Below, piece by piece: positions 53,530 through 62,549 of a stretch of DNA of 64,000 bases. The stretch covers positions 311,367 through 375,366 of the forward strand of contig CAVRJJ010000005.1 in NCBI GenBank assembly GCA_963721685.1. Reading direction: 5' to 3'. The position numbers and the translations under genes were made by a program. Each line of letters starts with the position of its first letter. Positions within the stretch are counted from its first letter, which is position 1. The notes under the pieces are model-generated. The model did no database searches. It had not been told where the DNA came from and saw only the letters and a program-made list of their open reading frames with translations. Origin of the DNA: an uncultured bacterium (lineage in GTDB: Bacteria > Patescibacteriota > Saccharimonadia > UBA4664 > SCTI01).

Positions 53530-54731
53530 GGGCCATTTGCCTTTATATGCATGTCCATCAACCGTTTCGGGTGCGTCCCTACACGATTTTTGACGCGTCT
53601 GAAGACCATGATTACTTTAATAATCCGGAATCAGAAGCCGATAACCGGCACCAGATGCGCAAGATCGCCGAAAAGTCATATTTACCAACCAACAAAATGT
53701 TGCTGGAACTGTTAAAACGTCATCCTAAATTTAAGCTAAGCTTATCCTTATCCGGCACAGTCCTAGAGCAAATGGAGCTTTGGGCGCCCGAAGCGCTGGC
53801 ATCTTTTAAACAGCTAGTCGCTACTGGAAAAGTGGAAATTGTAGCTGAAACCTATCATCACAGCTTGGCTTTTTTCTATGACCGTGAAGAGTTTGAGCGC
53901 CAGGTTAAGCTGCATGCCAAGGTCATTTTGCACCATTTTGGGGTTAAGCCCAAAGTATTTCGTAACACCGAATTAAGCTACAATAATGAGCTCGCCCATT
54001 GGGCCGATAGCGCCGGGTATAAGGCTATTATTACCGAAGGCTGGGAGCCGGTCTTGGAGTGGCGCAGCCCCAACTACGTTTACCGCCCTGCCTTTACCAA
54101 GCAAATTCGTTTACTTATGAAGAATTACCAATTAAGCGACGATATCGCCTTCCGGTTTTCCAACCGGGAGTGGGCGGGCTGGCCATTAACCGCTGAAAAA
54201 TATGTGGGTTGGTTGAACGACCTTGACGAGGACCAAACCAACGTTAACCTGTTCATGGACTATGAAACGTTTGGGGAACACCAATGGGCAGAGACCGGCA
54301 TATACTCTTTTCTCGAGAACATGGTAGGCCAGTTTCTTAACACAAAAGCTAATACTTTTCTGACACTGAGCGACGCGGCCAAAATCATTAAGCCAGCCGA
54401 CTACATCGATATTCCGCAGACGATCACCTGGGCTGACACCGAACGCGACCTGAGCGCTTGGGTTGGTAATTCTATGCAGCAGCAAGCAATTAATTCAATG
54501 TACCAGATCGGCGACGAAGTGCTAACAACGAAAGACGCGGAACTTATTGAAGATTGGCGCCGCCTGCAGGCTTCCGATCATTTTTACTATATGTGCACAA
54601 AGTATTTTAATGACGGCGATATCCACGCCTACTTCAGCCCGTATAAGTCGCCTTATGACGCCTTCATTTATTTCATGAACGCGTTACGTGATGTAAAGTA
54701 CCGGATAGCGGCCAGCCAAGGCAAACTCTAG
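53526..54731 (+). CDS. glycoside hydrolase family 57 protein
   Basis: MRAICLYMHVHQPFRV.. is the GH57 N-terminal HQP motif, and ..DYETFGEHQW.. is also GH57-typical. Confidence 0.8.
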   Translation: MRAICLYMHVHQPFRVRPYTIFDASEDHDYFNNPESEADNRHQMRKIAEKSYLPTNKMLLELLKRHPKFKLSLSLSGTVLEQMELWAPEALASFKQLVATGKVEIVAETYHHSLAFFYDREEFERQVKLHAKVILHHFGVKPKVFRNTELSYNNELAHWADSAGYKAIITEGWEPVLEWRSPNYVYRPAFTKQIRLLMKNYQLSDDIAFRFSNREWAGWPLTAEKYVGWLNDLDEDQTNVNLFMDYETFGEHQWAETGIYSFLENMVGQFLNTKANTFLTLSDAAKIIKPADYIDIPQTITWADTERDLSAWVGNSMQQQAINSMYQIGDEVLTTKDAELIEDWRRLQASDHFYYMCTKYFNDGDIHAYFSPYKSPYDAFIYFMNALRDVKYRIAASQGKL

Positions 54732-56662
54732 TGGCCCGCCACATTATCCTCAGCAACGGTGAGATGCTGGTTGGCCTCGATGAATATGGGTTGGTCCATG
54801 ACGTTTATTACCCCTACATCGGCCAAGAAAACCACGCGACCGCCCGCTATATCCATCATCGCATTGGCGTATGGGTTGAAGGTACGTTTAGCTGGCTGGA
54901 TGATGGAACCTGGGAGATAGGGACGAATTATGAAGAAGCAACCTTGATCGGCCAAGTTACGGCCTACCATGCCGGCTTGCGGGTTCGGATAGAGACCTGT
55001 GATTTCATTGACGCAGATGACTGCGTGTTAGCACGGCGTTACTGGATTACCAATGAAGGAGACGGGGAGCGTGAAATCCGGCTGTTTTTACACCAGGCTT
55101 TCCGCATAAGCAATTCCAACCAAGGCGGCACCGCGCAGTACCACCCCAAAGATCATGTCTTAGTGCACTACAAGGGGCGGCGGGCATTCGCGATCCATGC
55201 TCAAACGGCAAGCGGCACAGCCTTTGACCAATATTGTGTAGGGTTGTTTGGAATTGAGGGAAAAGAAGGTACCTACCGCGATGCCGAGGATGGTGATTTA
55301 AGCGGTAACCCGGTGGAGCACGGTATGGTGGACTCGGTTTTACGGGTGGTCCTAAAGCTTAAAAAAGGTAAGTCGGACGACGTCCAGTACTGGATGGCGG
55401 CAGCTCGTCACCCTGAAGCGGCAATCGCGCTGCACCATGAATTTAAAGCTGAAGGATTTCCCGTCCGCTATCTTGCCACTAAGCGGCTGTGGAAAGATTG
55501 GCTGCATACTAGCAAGCCTAAAATAGCTTCATTTCCGCTTAAATATCGCGCTAAAGCCGTTCAAAGCTTGTTGCTTATGAAATCCCACATTGATCAGCGC
55601 GGAGGGGTCTTGGCATCGGCCGATTCCGAGATGTTAAATTATGGCCGTGATTATTACGGTTATTGTTGGCCGCGGGATTCGGTGAATGTACTGTGGCCCT
55701 TGATTAAATTAGGATATACCGAAGAAGCGAAAAATTTCTTTGAATTTTGCGGACGAGTGAAACATAGCCATGGTTACCTTATGCATAAATATCAAATGGA
55801 CGGGGCGCTGGGCAGCAGTTGGCACCCCTACATTCACGGGGACCAGCCGGAACTGCCAATTCAGGAAGATGAAACAGCCGCGGTAGTCTTTTTAATTGAC
55901 CAATACCATCAGTATGCCGAGGACGGGGATTACGTGCGTGAGCTATACGATGTGTTGGTACGGCCGGCCGCGAACTTTATGGCCGACTATATTGATCCGG
56001 AAACGAAGCTTCCGCATGCCAGCTTCGACCTATGGGAATTTGTCTTTGGCACCCACACCTACACCGTTGCCATTACTTACGCGGCGCTTGAAGCGGCTAG
56101 CCGCCTGGCTAAGCTGTATGGCAGTATAAAGGAGGCGAAGCGTTGGCAGCGGGCGGCTGACGGGATTAAGGCGGCCGCCAACCTCCACTTATGGAATGAA
56201 CAACGCAACTATTTTTATCGGAGCTTGCGAATAGAGAAAACCGGTATGAGTTTCGATGAAACCATTGATATTGCCAGCTTGTATGGGGCCGTAACATTTG
56301 GTTTATTTGATACCACCGATGTGCGGGTCATCCAGGCACTGGAAACCGCTCAATCAACCCTGCGGGTTAATACCCCTGGCGGATGGGGGATTGCACGGTT
56401 TGAGGATGATAACTATTACCGTATGGACTCACACACCCATGGCAACCCCTGGATTGTTACCTCGTTGTGGCTGGCAAAGCTGCATAACCTTCTGGATGAT
56501 AGCTCAACATCTCAAGAGTTGTTAGATTGGGCGGCCGCGCAGATGCTTCCTTCGGGGGTTCTGGCAGAACAAATCAATCCTAAAGATGGCATTGGCGTTT
56601 CGGTAGCCCCGCTGACGTGGAGCCAAGCTGAATTTGTGGATACGCTTTTAGAGCTAAACTAA
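54731..56662 (+). CDS. GH15 glucoamylase/glucodextranase-like protein
   Basis: A 643-aa protein with an N-terminal beta-domain and a C-terminal (alpha/alpha)6-like region (..YCWPRDS.., ..NPWIVTSLWLA..), typical of prokaryotic glucoamylases. Confidence 0.7.
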   Translation: MARHIILSNGEMLVGLDEYGLVHDVYYPYIGQENHATARYIHHRIGVWVEGTFSWLDDGTWEIGTNYEEATLIGQVTAYHAGLRVRIETCDFIDADDCVLARRYWITNEGDGEREIRLFLHQAFRISNSNQGGTAQYHPKDHVLVHYKGRRAFAIHAQTASGTAFDQYCVGLFGIEGKEGTYRDAEDGDLSGNPVEHGMVDSVLRVVLKLKKGKSDDVQYWMAAARHPEAAIALHHEFKAEGFPVRYLATKRLWKDWLHTSKPKIASFPLKYRAKAVQSLLLMKSHIDQRGGVLASADSEMLNYGRDYYGYCWPRDSVNVLWPLIKLGYTEEAKNFFEFCGRVKHSHGYLMHKYQMDGALGSSWHPYIHGDQPELPIQEDETAAVVFLIDQYHQYAEDGDYVRELYDVLVRPAANFMADYIDPETKLPHASFDLWEFVFGTHTYTVAITYAALEAASRLAKLYGSIKEAKRWQRAADGIKAAANLHLWNEQRNYFYRSLRIEKTGMSFDETIDIASLYGAVTFGLFDTTDVRVIQALETAQSTLRVNTPGGWGIARFEDDNYYRMDSHTHGNPWIVTSLWLAKLHNLLDDSSTSQELLDWAAAQMLPSGVLAEQINPKDGIGVSVAPLTWSQAEFVDTLLELN

Positions 56663-57861
56663 GTTGCCCGTGAGCAAGTTGGGCAATTGTCTTCGCGCTT
56701 AAAGTCTTGAATCCAAACTTTTACGGCTTTGGGGAAAGGCTCGATATCGCGGTAGGCAATAAAGTCGGCTGCCCGGCGCAATAGCCAGCCCAGGCTGCCG
56801 TAACACTGGAGGTTTCGCCACGAAGCAATGGCCCAACGAGGACCAACCGGAATAACACTAATTCCTTCGGCTGATTTAAATACGCCGCGATGAGCTCCGG
56901 CCCGTGTGCGGGCAATATCTTTCGCTACAAAATCAGCTTGGGCAATCGCGTTTTGGGCAAGTCCGCCGTGTTCAACGGCGGCGTTATCGCCAATTACATA
57001 CATCCTAGGCTGGGCTTGGAGGTGGTAGTTAACCTGTACCCGTCCGTTCTTGGCGAGGGTAAACTGATTCGCGTTGGCTTTGAAAAACGGGTTGTTGGCT
57101 ATCCCAGCGGTCCACACAACGGTTTCCGTTGGAATTTTGCTGCCATTTACCGTTAACGAGTCGTCGCTGGCGGCTTCAACTTTAGCTCCGGTTACAACCT
57201 CTACTCCAAGATGCTCAAGCCGTTGCTTAACCCGCTTGGCCACCGCTTCGGGAAGACGGGGGAGTATGCGGGGCATGGCTTCAATAACCTTAATGCGGTA
57301 ATTTACTTTTCTAACCCCATGCAGTTTCACAATCCGCTCCAAGTATTCTCCAAGCGCGCCGGCCAGTTCCACGCCGGTAGGTCCTCCACCCACAATAAGA
57401 TAGTTTGCGTCGGTGGCTTGGTCTTCAATGAGTTGGTTATGGAGGTGGTGCTTAAAGGCTGTAGCGCTAGAGGTTGATTTTATCTCGTAACAGTATTCCG
57501 GCAGTCCTTTAATATGGAAGTAGTTGGTTACGCTCCCCAATGATAAGATGAGGTGGTCATATGTGTACTCCGCTTTGCTGGACATGGTTATGGTGCGTTT
57601 GGCATGATCAACCTTAACCGCGGTGTCCTTAAGGACAGTAACGGGTGTGTTTTTAAACATTTTCTTAAGTGGCAGGGCAACTTCGGTGCGGGAACCGCCG
57701 GTAGCGGTATGGTAAAGCTGGGGGTAGTAGGTGAACGTAGGGCTATCGGAGATCAGTGTTACCTTTATGTTGGATTGTTTGCCAATCAGGCGGGCTGCTC
57801 GAACGCCACCAAAACCACCACCAACAATTACGACCCTATGAGGCTGTTTGGGAACATTCAT
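56659..57861 (-). CDS. ndh: type II NADH:quinone oxidoreductase (NDH-2)
   Basis: ..RVVIVGGGFGGV.. is the first dinucleotide-binding site, and ..YLIVGGGPTGVELAG.. is the second GxGxxG. Confidence 0.8.
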   Translation of the reverse strand: MNVPKQPHRVVIVGGGFGGVRAARLIGKQSNIKVTLISDSPTFTYYPQLYHTATGGSRTEVALPLKKMFKNTPVTVLKDTAVKVDHAKRTITMSSKAEYTYDHLILSLGSVTNYFHIKGLPEYCYEIKSTSSATAFKHHLHNQLIEDQATDANYLIVGGGPTGVELAGALGEYLERIVKLHGVRKVNYRIKVIEAMPRILPRLPEAVAKRVKQRLEHLGVEVVTGAKVEAASDDSLTVNGSKIPTETVVWTAGIANNPFFKANANQFTLAKNGRVQVNYHLQAQPRMYVIGDNAAVEHGGLAQNAIAQADFVAKDIARTRAGAHRGVFKSAEGISVIPVGPRWAIASWRNLQCYGSLGWLLRRAADFIAYRDIEPFPKAVKVWIQDFKREDNCPTCSRAT

Positions 57862-57906
57862 CTGATATAATCATAAGCGAAACTAATCTGGAATGGCAAG
57901 GGACTA

Positions 57907-59223
57907 TTGAAAAAACAGACAATCCGTTGGTTGGCTTTAGCTACCACCGTGGTACTGGCGCTTCCAATGCTCGTTCACTGGTACACTCAAAGTGCGCTTC
58001 CTGCCTCCAGCTCCTCTGAGTATTTAATAGCCTTCGGCCGGTTGGCCGGGATGGTGGCAACCTTTGGTGTATTGATGCAGCTCATCCTGATGTCCCGGCT
58101 TCCCGGGCTGGAGCGGGGACTGGGCTTAGAGCGCCTGGTTACCATCCACCGCTTCAATGGGTATACCATTTTTTACGCCTTGCTGGCCCATCCGGCACTG
58201 TTGGTCTTAGGCTACCAAATTAACGGGATGCCGGGCCTGCTTCAGCAGTATTTTGATTTTATTCTTCATTATCCTGACGTATGGCGAGCCTGGATAGGTA
58301 GTATTTTGCTGTACGCGGTGGTCGCGAGCTCAATTGTGGTTGCCCGCCGGCGGTTGCGCTATGAGTGGTGGTACGGCATTCATTTAATGGTCTACGCCGG
58401 TATTTTGCTTGGTTTTGGCCATCAGTTAAAAATTGGCGGTGATTTTATTGGGCATGATTGGTTTATATTGTATTGGTATTTTCTTTATCTCATGGCTTTT
58501 GGCCTGCTTAGTTGGTTTCGGTTTGGTCGGCCCAGCCTTAGGTTGTTACGCCACCGGTTTAAGGTTAAGCGAGTCGTGCCCGAAGCCAACAATATTTACT
58601 CGATTTATCTCAGTGGCCGTAATATTGATAAGCTGCATCCTAAGCCGGGACAGTTTTTTGTATGGAGATTTTTAGACCGTGAGCGATGGTGGCAGTCGCA
58701 TCCCTTTTCAATGTCGCAGCTCCCGCGTTCAAACGAGCTGCGGCTAACATTTAAGGCGGTCGGGGATTTTACCAACCGACTGCACTTAGTGAAGCCGGGA
58801 ACGCCAGTGATGTTGGACGGACCGCGCGGGAGCTTCACATTGGATCTGGCCCGCGGCCGCAAGTTCCTCTTTTTGGCTGGCGGAATCGGTATCACGCCGT
58901 TGCGCACGATGCTTGAGGCTATGCCCAATAACTCAGATGCGCATTTGGTATATGCTGTCCGAAATGAAGCGGAGCGGGTGTTGACCGCGGAATTTGCTAA
59001 GCTCGCGGAAGAGAAAGGAGTAAAAATCTATTATCTTTTCTCGGAAGCAACCGGGCGATTAAAGGCCGATCAGCTCATCCAGCTGGTGCCGGATATTGCT
59101 GAGCGTGAGGTGTTTTTGTGCGGTCCGCAACCGATGATGGATGCGGCAACCGACATTATGGTGGGGCTGGGCGTTGATAAAGAGCATATATATTCGGAGC
59201 GTTTCGCGTTCTTAGGGATTTAG
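57907..59223 (+). CDS. ferric-reductase-like transmembrane oxidoreductase (FRD domain + FAD/NAD(P)-binding domain)
   Basis: Six TM helices with paired His residues, then ..HPFSMS.. (the FNR-like FAD motif) and a ..GGIGITP.. NAD(P) site. Confidence 0.7.
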   Translation: MKKQTIRWLALATTVVLALPMLVHWYTQSALPASSSSEYLIAFGRLAGMVATFGVLMQLILMSRLPGLERGLGLERLVTIHRFNGYTIFYALLAHPALLVLGYQINGMPGLLQQYFDFILHYPDVWRAWIGSILLYAVVASSIVVARRRLRYEWWYGIHLMVYAGILLGFGHQLKIGGDFIGHDWFILYWYFLYLMAFGLLSWFRFGRPSLRLLRHRFKVKRVVPEANNIYSIYLSGRNIDKLHPKPGQFFVWRFLDRERWWQSHPFSMSQLPRSNELRLTFKAVGDFTNRLHLVKPGTPVMLDGPRGSFTLDLARGRKFLFLAGGIGITPLRTMLEAMPNNSDAHLVYAVRNEAERVLTAEFAKLAEEKGVKIYYLFSEATGRLKADQLIQLVPDIAEREVFLCGPQPMMDAATDIMVGLGVDKEHIYSERFAFLGI

Positions 59224-59289
59224 CGCTCCAAAACCTGTCTGGCAATTATTCTTTCTCGGTGACATAATGATTTAAGGAGCATAAGCATT

Positions 59290-60075
59290 ATGAGCCGGAG
59301 TCATCATCACGCCCGCCCCGCCCACTTCCACCAGCGACTTTATGGTTTGCTCTGCATTCCGATTGTACTCTTAATAGTCGCCTACCTTATTGCCAATCCG
59401 GCTTCAGGCGTAAATGGAGAGGTGTCTGCGCTTTCAGTTATCGCTGCCCTCTTTGTTAGCGTCGCGCGTTTAACGGCAGCTTTTGTATTGGCCTTGATAG
59501 TGGCTGTTCCTTTTACGTTGTTAATTCACCGCAGCGCCTTAATTGAACGCAGCGTTATGCCCATGGTGGATACCGCGTATTCATTGCCGGTATTAGCGTT
59601 CTTTCCCGTCGTAATTATTTTCTTTAACCAGTATCACTTTTTAGAAGGGGCGGCGATATTTTTAATTTTTATAACCATGGTGTGGGCGCTGGTAATTAAC
59701 AGCGTGAATGGGTTGCGGATGATCCCTGAGGACATTCACGACGCGGCCGAAGCGTTTGGTATCCGCGGGCTGACAAAAATTCGACATGTAGTGCTGCCAG
59801 CTATTCTTCCCTCACTAATTAACGGTTCGTTATTGGCATGGGCGGTAAGCTGGAATGTGCTCCTTGTTGCCGAAGTGCTGCACAACTACACTCCGGGGAG
59901 AAGTGCCAATAATGACCTTTTTGGGATTGGCAGCGTAATTGTTAACGCCTCGGCGGCTGGACAAAATGCCGTGTTTATTGGCGCTGTCGGTGTGATGTTA
60001 TGCGCCATCCTGCTAATGAATTTCTTTATTTGGCAGCGCCTGCAAGACTATGCCGAACGGTACCGCTTTGAGTAA
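59290..60075 (+). CDS. ABC transporter permease (NitT/TauT-type)
   Basis: A six-TM permease with the EAA-like loop ..EDIHDAAEAFGIRGLTKIRHVVLP... Confidence 0.7.
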   Translation: MSRSHHHARPAHFHQRLYGLLCIPIVLLIVAYLIANPASGVNGEVSALSVIAALFVSVARLTAAFVLALIVAVPFTLLIHRSALIERSVMPMVDTAYSLPVLAFFPVVIIFFNQYHFLEGAAIFLIFITMVWALVINSVNGLRMIPEDIHDAAEAFGIRGLTKIRHVVLPAILPSLINGSLLAWAVSWNVLLVAEVLHNYTPGRSANNDLFGIGSVIVNASAAGQNAVFIGAVGVMLCAILLMNFFIWQRLQDYAERYRFE

Positions 60076-60790
60076 AATCATTGATTTGCATGAGGTCCAT
60101 AAGACCTACCCTGGCGCTACGCGTCCGACCCTGCATCCGTTGTCTTTTTTTGCGCTTGAAAGCGAATTTATCGTTATTATTGGACCTTCCGGATGCGGAA
60201 AATCAACGCTGTGCCGAATTATAAGTGGGCTTGAGCAGCCAAGCGGCGGCACCATTACCCGTCCCGACGAGATCGCGATGGCCTTTCAATCCGGAGCGCT
60301 GCTGCCTTGGTTAACCGCGGCCCAGAACATTGCGCTTATTTTGGAAGCGCGGGGCCTGCCGCTGGCACAGGTTAAGCGCAAAGTCCGGTTGAACCTGGAA
60401 ATGGTGGGATTACAAAAGCTGGCCGAAGCTTATCCCCGAGAACTGTCTGCCGGGCAACGCCAACGGGTTGGTTTAGCACGGGCGTTGGCAGTGGATTCAG
60501 AGGTGTTGGTGCTGGATGAACCGTTCGCCGCGCTGGACATAAAAACCACCGCGATGCTCCATGAGGACTTGCTGAAGATGGGACAGGAAACCAGCAAAAC
60601 AATTATCATGGTTTCCCATTCAATTGAAGAAGCGGTGACACTGGCCGACCGGGTCATGCTCATGAACGCCGGACGGATTGTCCGAACGTACCACCTGGCT
60701 GATTTGCCGCACCCGCGCCGGGAGGCAGCCGAAGATTTCATTCATCAGGTGCATGCCATCAGGCGTGATTTCTTGGCCCTTGAGAACTAA
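60050..60790 (+). CDS. ABC transporter ATP-binding protein (NitT/TauT-type)
   Basis: Walker A GPSGCGKST, signature LSAGQRQRV, Walker B VLVLDEPF, and an H-loop. Confidence 0.85.
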   Translation: MPNGTALSKIIDLHEVHKTYPGATRPTLHPLSFFALESEFIVIIGPSGCGKSTLCRIISGLEQPSGGTITRPDEIAMAFQSGALLPWLTAAQNIALILEARGLPLAQVKRKVRLNLEMVGLQKLAEAYPRELSAGQRQRVGLARALAVDSEVLVLDEPFAALDIKTTAMLHEDLLKMGQETSKTIIMVSHSIEEAVTLADRVMLMNAGRIVRTYHLADLPHPRREAAEDFIHQVHAIRRDFLALEN

Positions 60791-60838
60791 AGTCAAGTCT
60801 TTTAATTTTACTGTCACTCCGTATAATTCAACCTATCT

Positions 60839-62470
60839 ATGACTAATACTGCGCGGGTGAAAACGCCCAAGCCAATCTCAAAATCTGTGCCGTGGTGGCA
60901 GACCGCGGTTATTTACCAACTCTATGTCCGGTCGTTTTTTGACACTAATGCCGATGGGGTGGGGGATTTGCCTGGGGTTATCGCTAAACTTGGTTATTTA
61001 GGTGAGCTGGGGGTTGACGCGATCTGGCTTTCACCGATTACCGAAAGTGCCAATGTGGATTGGGGCTATGACGTATCAGACTATTACACAATTGATCCCA
61101 CTTTAGGCAGCATGGATGATTTTGAGCAGCTTATGAGTGAAGCTGATAAGGCTGGGATCAAAATTATTATGGATCTTGTTCCGAACCACACGAGCAATAA
61201 GCATCCTTGGTTTCAGAGCGCGTTAACCGGGCGTCACGCCAAGTACCGTGACTACTATATCTGGGCCGACCCAAAACCCGATGGCCGTCCACCTAATAAT
61301 TGGCGAGCCTCGAATGACGGTGGAAGCACCTGGGAATACCATTCGGCCACAGGACAGTACTACCTCCATAATTTTTTTAAAGCCCAGCCCGACCTCAACT
61401 GGCGTAATCCCGCCGTATTGAAAGAATTTGATAAGATAATGCGGTTTTGGTTAGACAAAGGGGTGGCTGGTTTCCGCCTTGATGTTTTTAATATGATTAT
61501 TAAGGATTCAAGTTTTCGCGATAACCCCAAAAGCCTAAAAACCGATGAGCCCGAAATTCGCCTGTACCGCCAACGGCCAATTTACAATACTTCCCAGCCC
61601 GAAGTCCACAGCATTTTAAAAAGGTGGCGGCTGACTACCGACGACTACCCTGGGGACCGCTTACTGTTGGGCGAAACCAACCGGGTTTACGACATGAAGG
61701 TGGTTGCCAGCTTTTACGGCAACCAAAACGAACTTCAACTTATATTTAATTTGGCATTCGTGGATGCCCCTTTTAAGGCGCCTCAATTGCGCGATCTTGT
61801 AACTAAGACCGAAACCGAGTTTGCCGGTAAGCATTGGCCAGCTTGGACTGGCTCAAACCACGATAAGCCCCGTTTGGCGTCCCGGTGGGCAGCTGGCGAT
61901 GAACGCAAGATCCGGGCAGCTCTTTTGATGCTCTTAGGGTTGCGGGGGACACCGGTCCTTTATTATGGTGATGAACTGGGCATGGAAGATGTTTATATCG
62001 CCCCTTGGCGCTTGAAGGATCCCCAGGGGCGAAAATATTGGCCGGTAAACGGGGGGCGTGACCGTGCGAGGACACCAATGCCGTGGAAAAACCAGTTTGG
62101 CGCCGGATTTACCGAAGAGGGGGTCAGGCCATGGTTACCATATGGCGATTTGCGTGTCCGCAGCGTGGCTTCCCAAAACAACCATGCCGACTCAACCCTG
62201 CAATTTTCCAAAGACTTAATTAGTTTTCGGCGAAACGATGCCGATTTGCTCCTCGGGGAATATGAGGGTATTCCCACCACCGAATCGGTCTGGGCATGGA
62301 AGCGGGGGAAGAATACGGTTGTGGCTATTAATTATTCTAACTACCACCATGAGATAAAAAACATGAGCGGTAAGATTATTATTGGCACTCAGCGGGAGCG
62401 TGAAGGAGAGGACCTGAAAGCATTATTACATCTGGATCCCTGGGAAGGAGTAATTCTTAAAATTAAATAG
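60839..62470 (+). CDS. GH13 alpha-glucosidase/oligo-1,6-glucosidase-like (third GH13 paralog)
   Basis: ..VIYQLYVRSF.., DLVPNHTS, GFRLDVF and YTGSNHD are GH13 conserved regions I-IV. Confidence 0.8.
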   Translation: MTNTARVKTPKPISKSVPWWQTAVIYQLYVRSFFDTNADGVGDLPGVIAKLGYLGELGVDAIWLSPITESANVDWGYDVSDYYTIDPTLGSMDDFEQLMSEADKAGIKIIMDLVPNHTSNKHPWFQSALTGRHAKYRDYYIWADPKPDGRPPNNWRASNDGGSTWEYHSATGQYYLHNFFKAQPDLNWRNPAVLKEFDKIMRFWLDKGVAGFRLDVFNMIIKDSSFRDNPKSLKTDEPEIRLYRQRPIYNTSQPEVHSILKRWRLTTDDYPGDRLLLGETNRVYDMKVVASFYGNQNELQLIFNLAFVDAPFKAPQLRDLVTKTETEFAGKHWPAWTGSNHDKPRLASRWAAGDERKIRAALLMLLGLRGTPVLYYGDELGMEDVYIAPWRLKDPQGRKYWPVNGGRDRARTPMPWKNQFGAGFTEEGVRPWLPYGDLRVRSVASQNNHADSTLQFSKDLISFRRNDADLLLGEYEGIPTTESVWAWKRGKNTVVAINYSNYHHEIKNMSGKIIIGTQREREGEDLKALLHLDPWEGVILKIK

Positions 62471-62549
62471 CCGCGCTTAATGAAAACTATGTTTACAAGC
62501 ATAATGCATCTCATATATGATATGGATGAAGTTAACACAGTGAGTTTCC

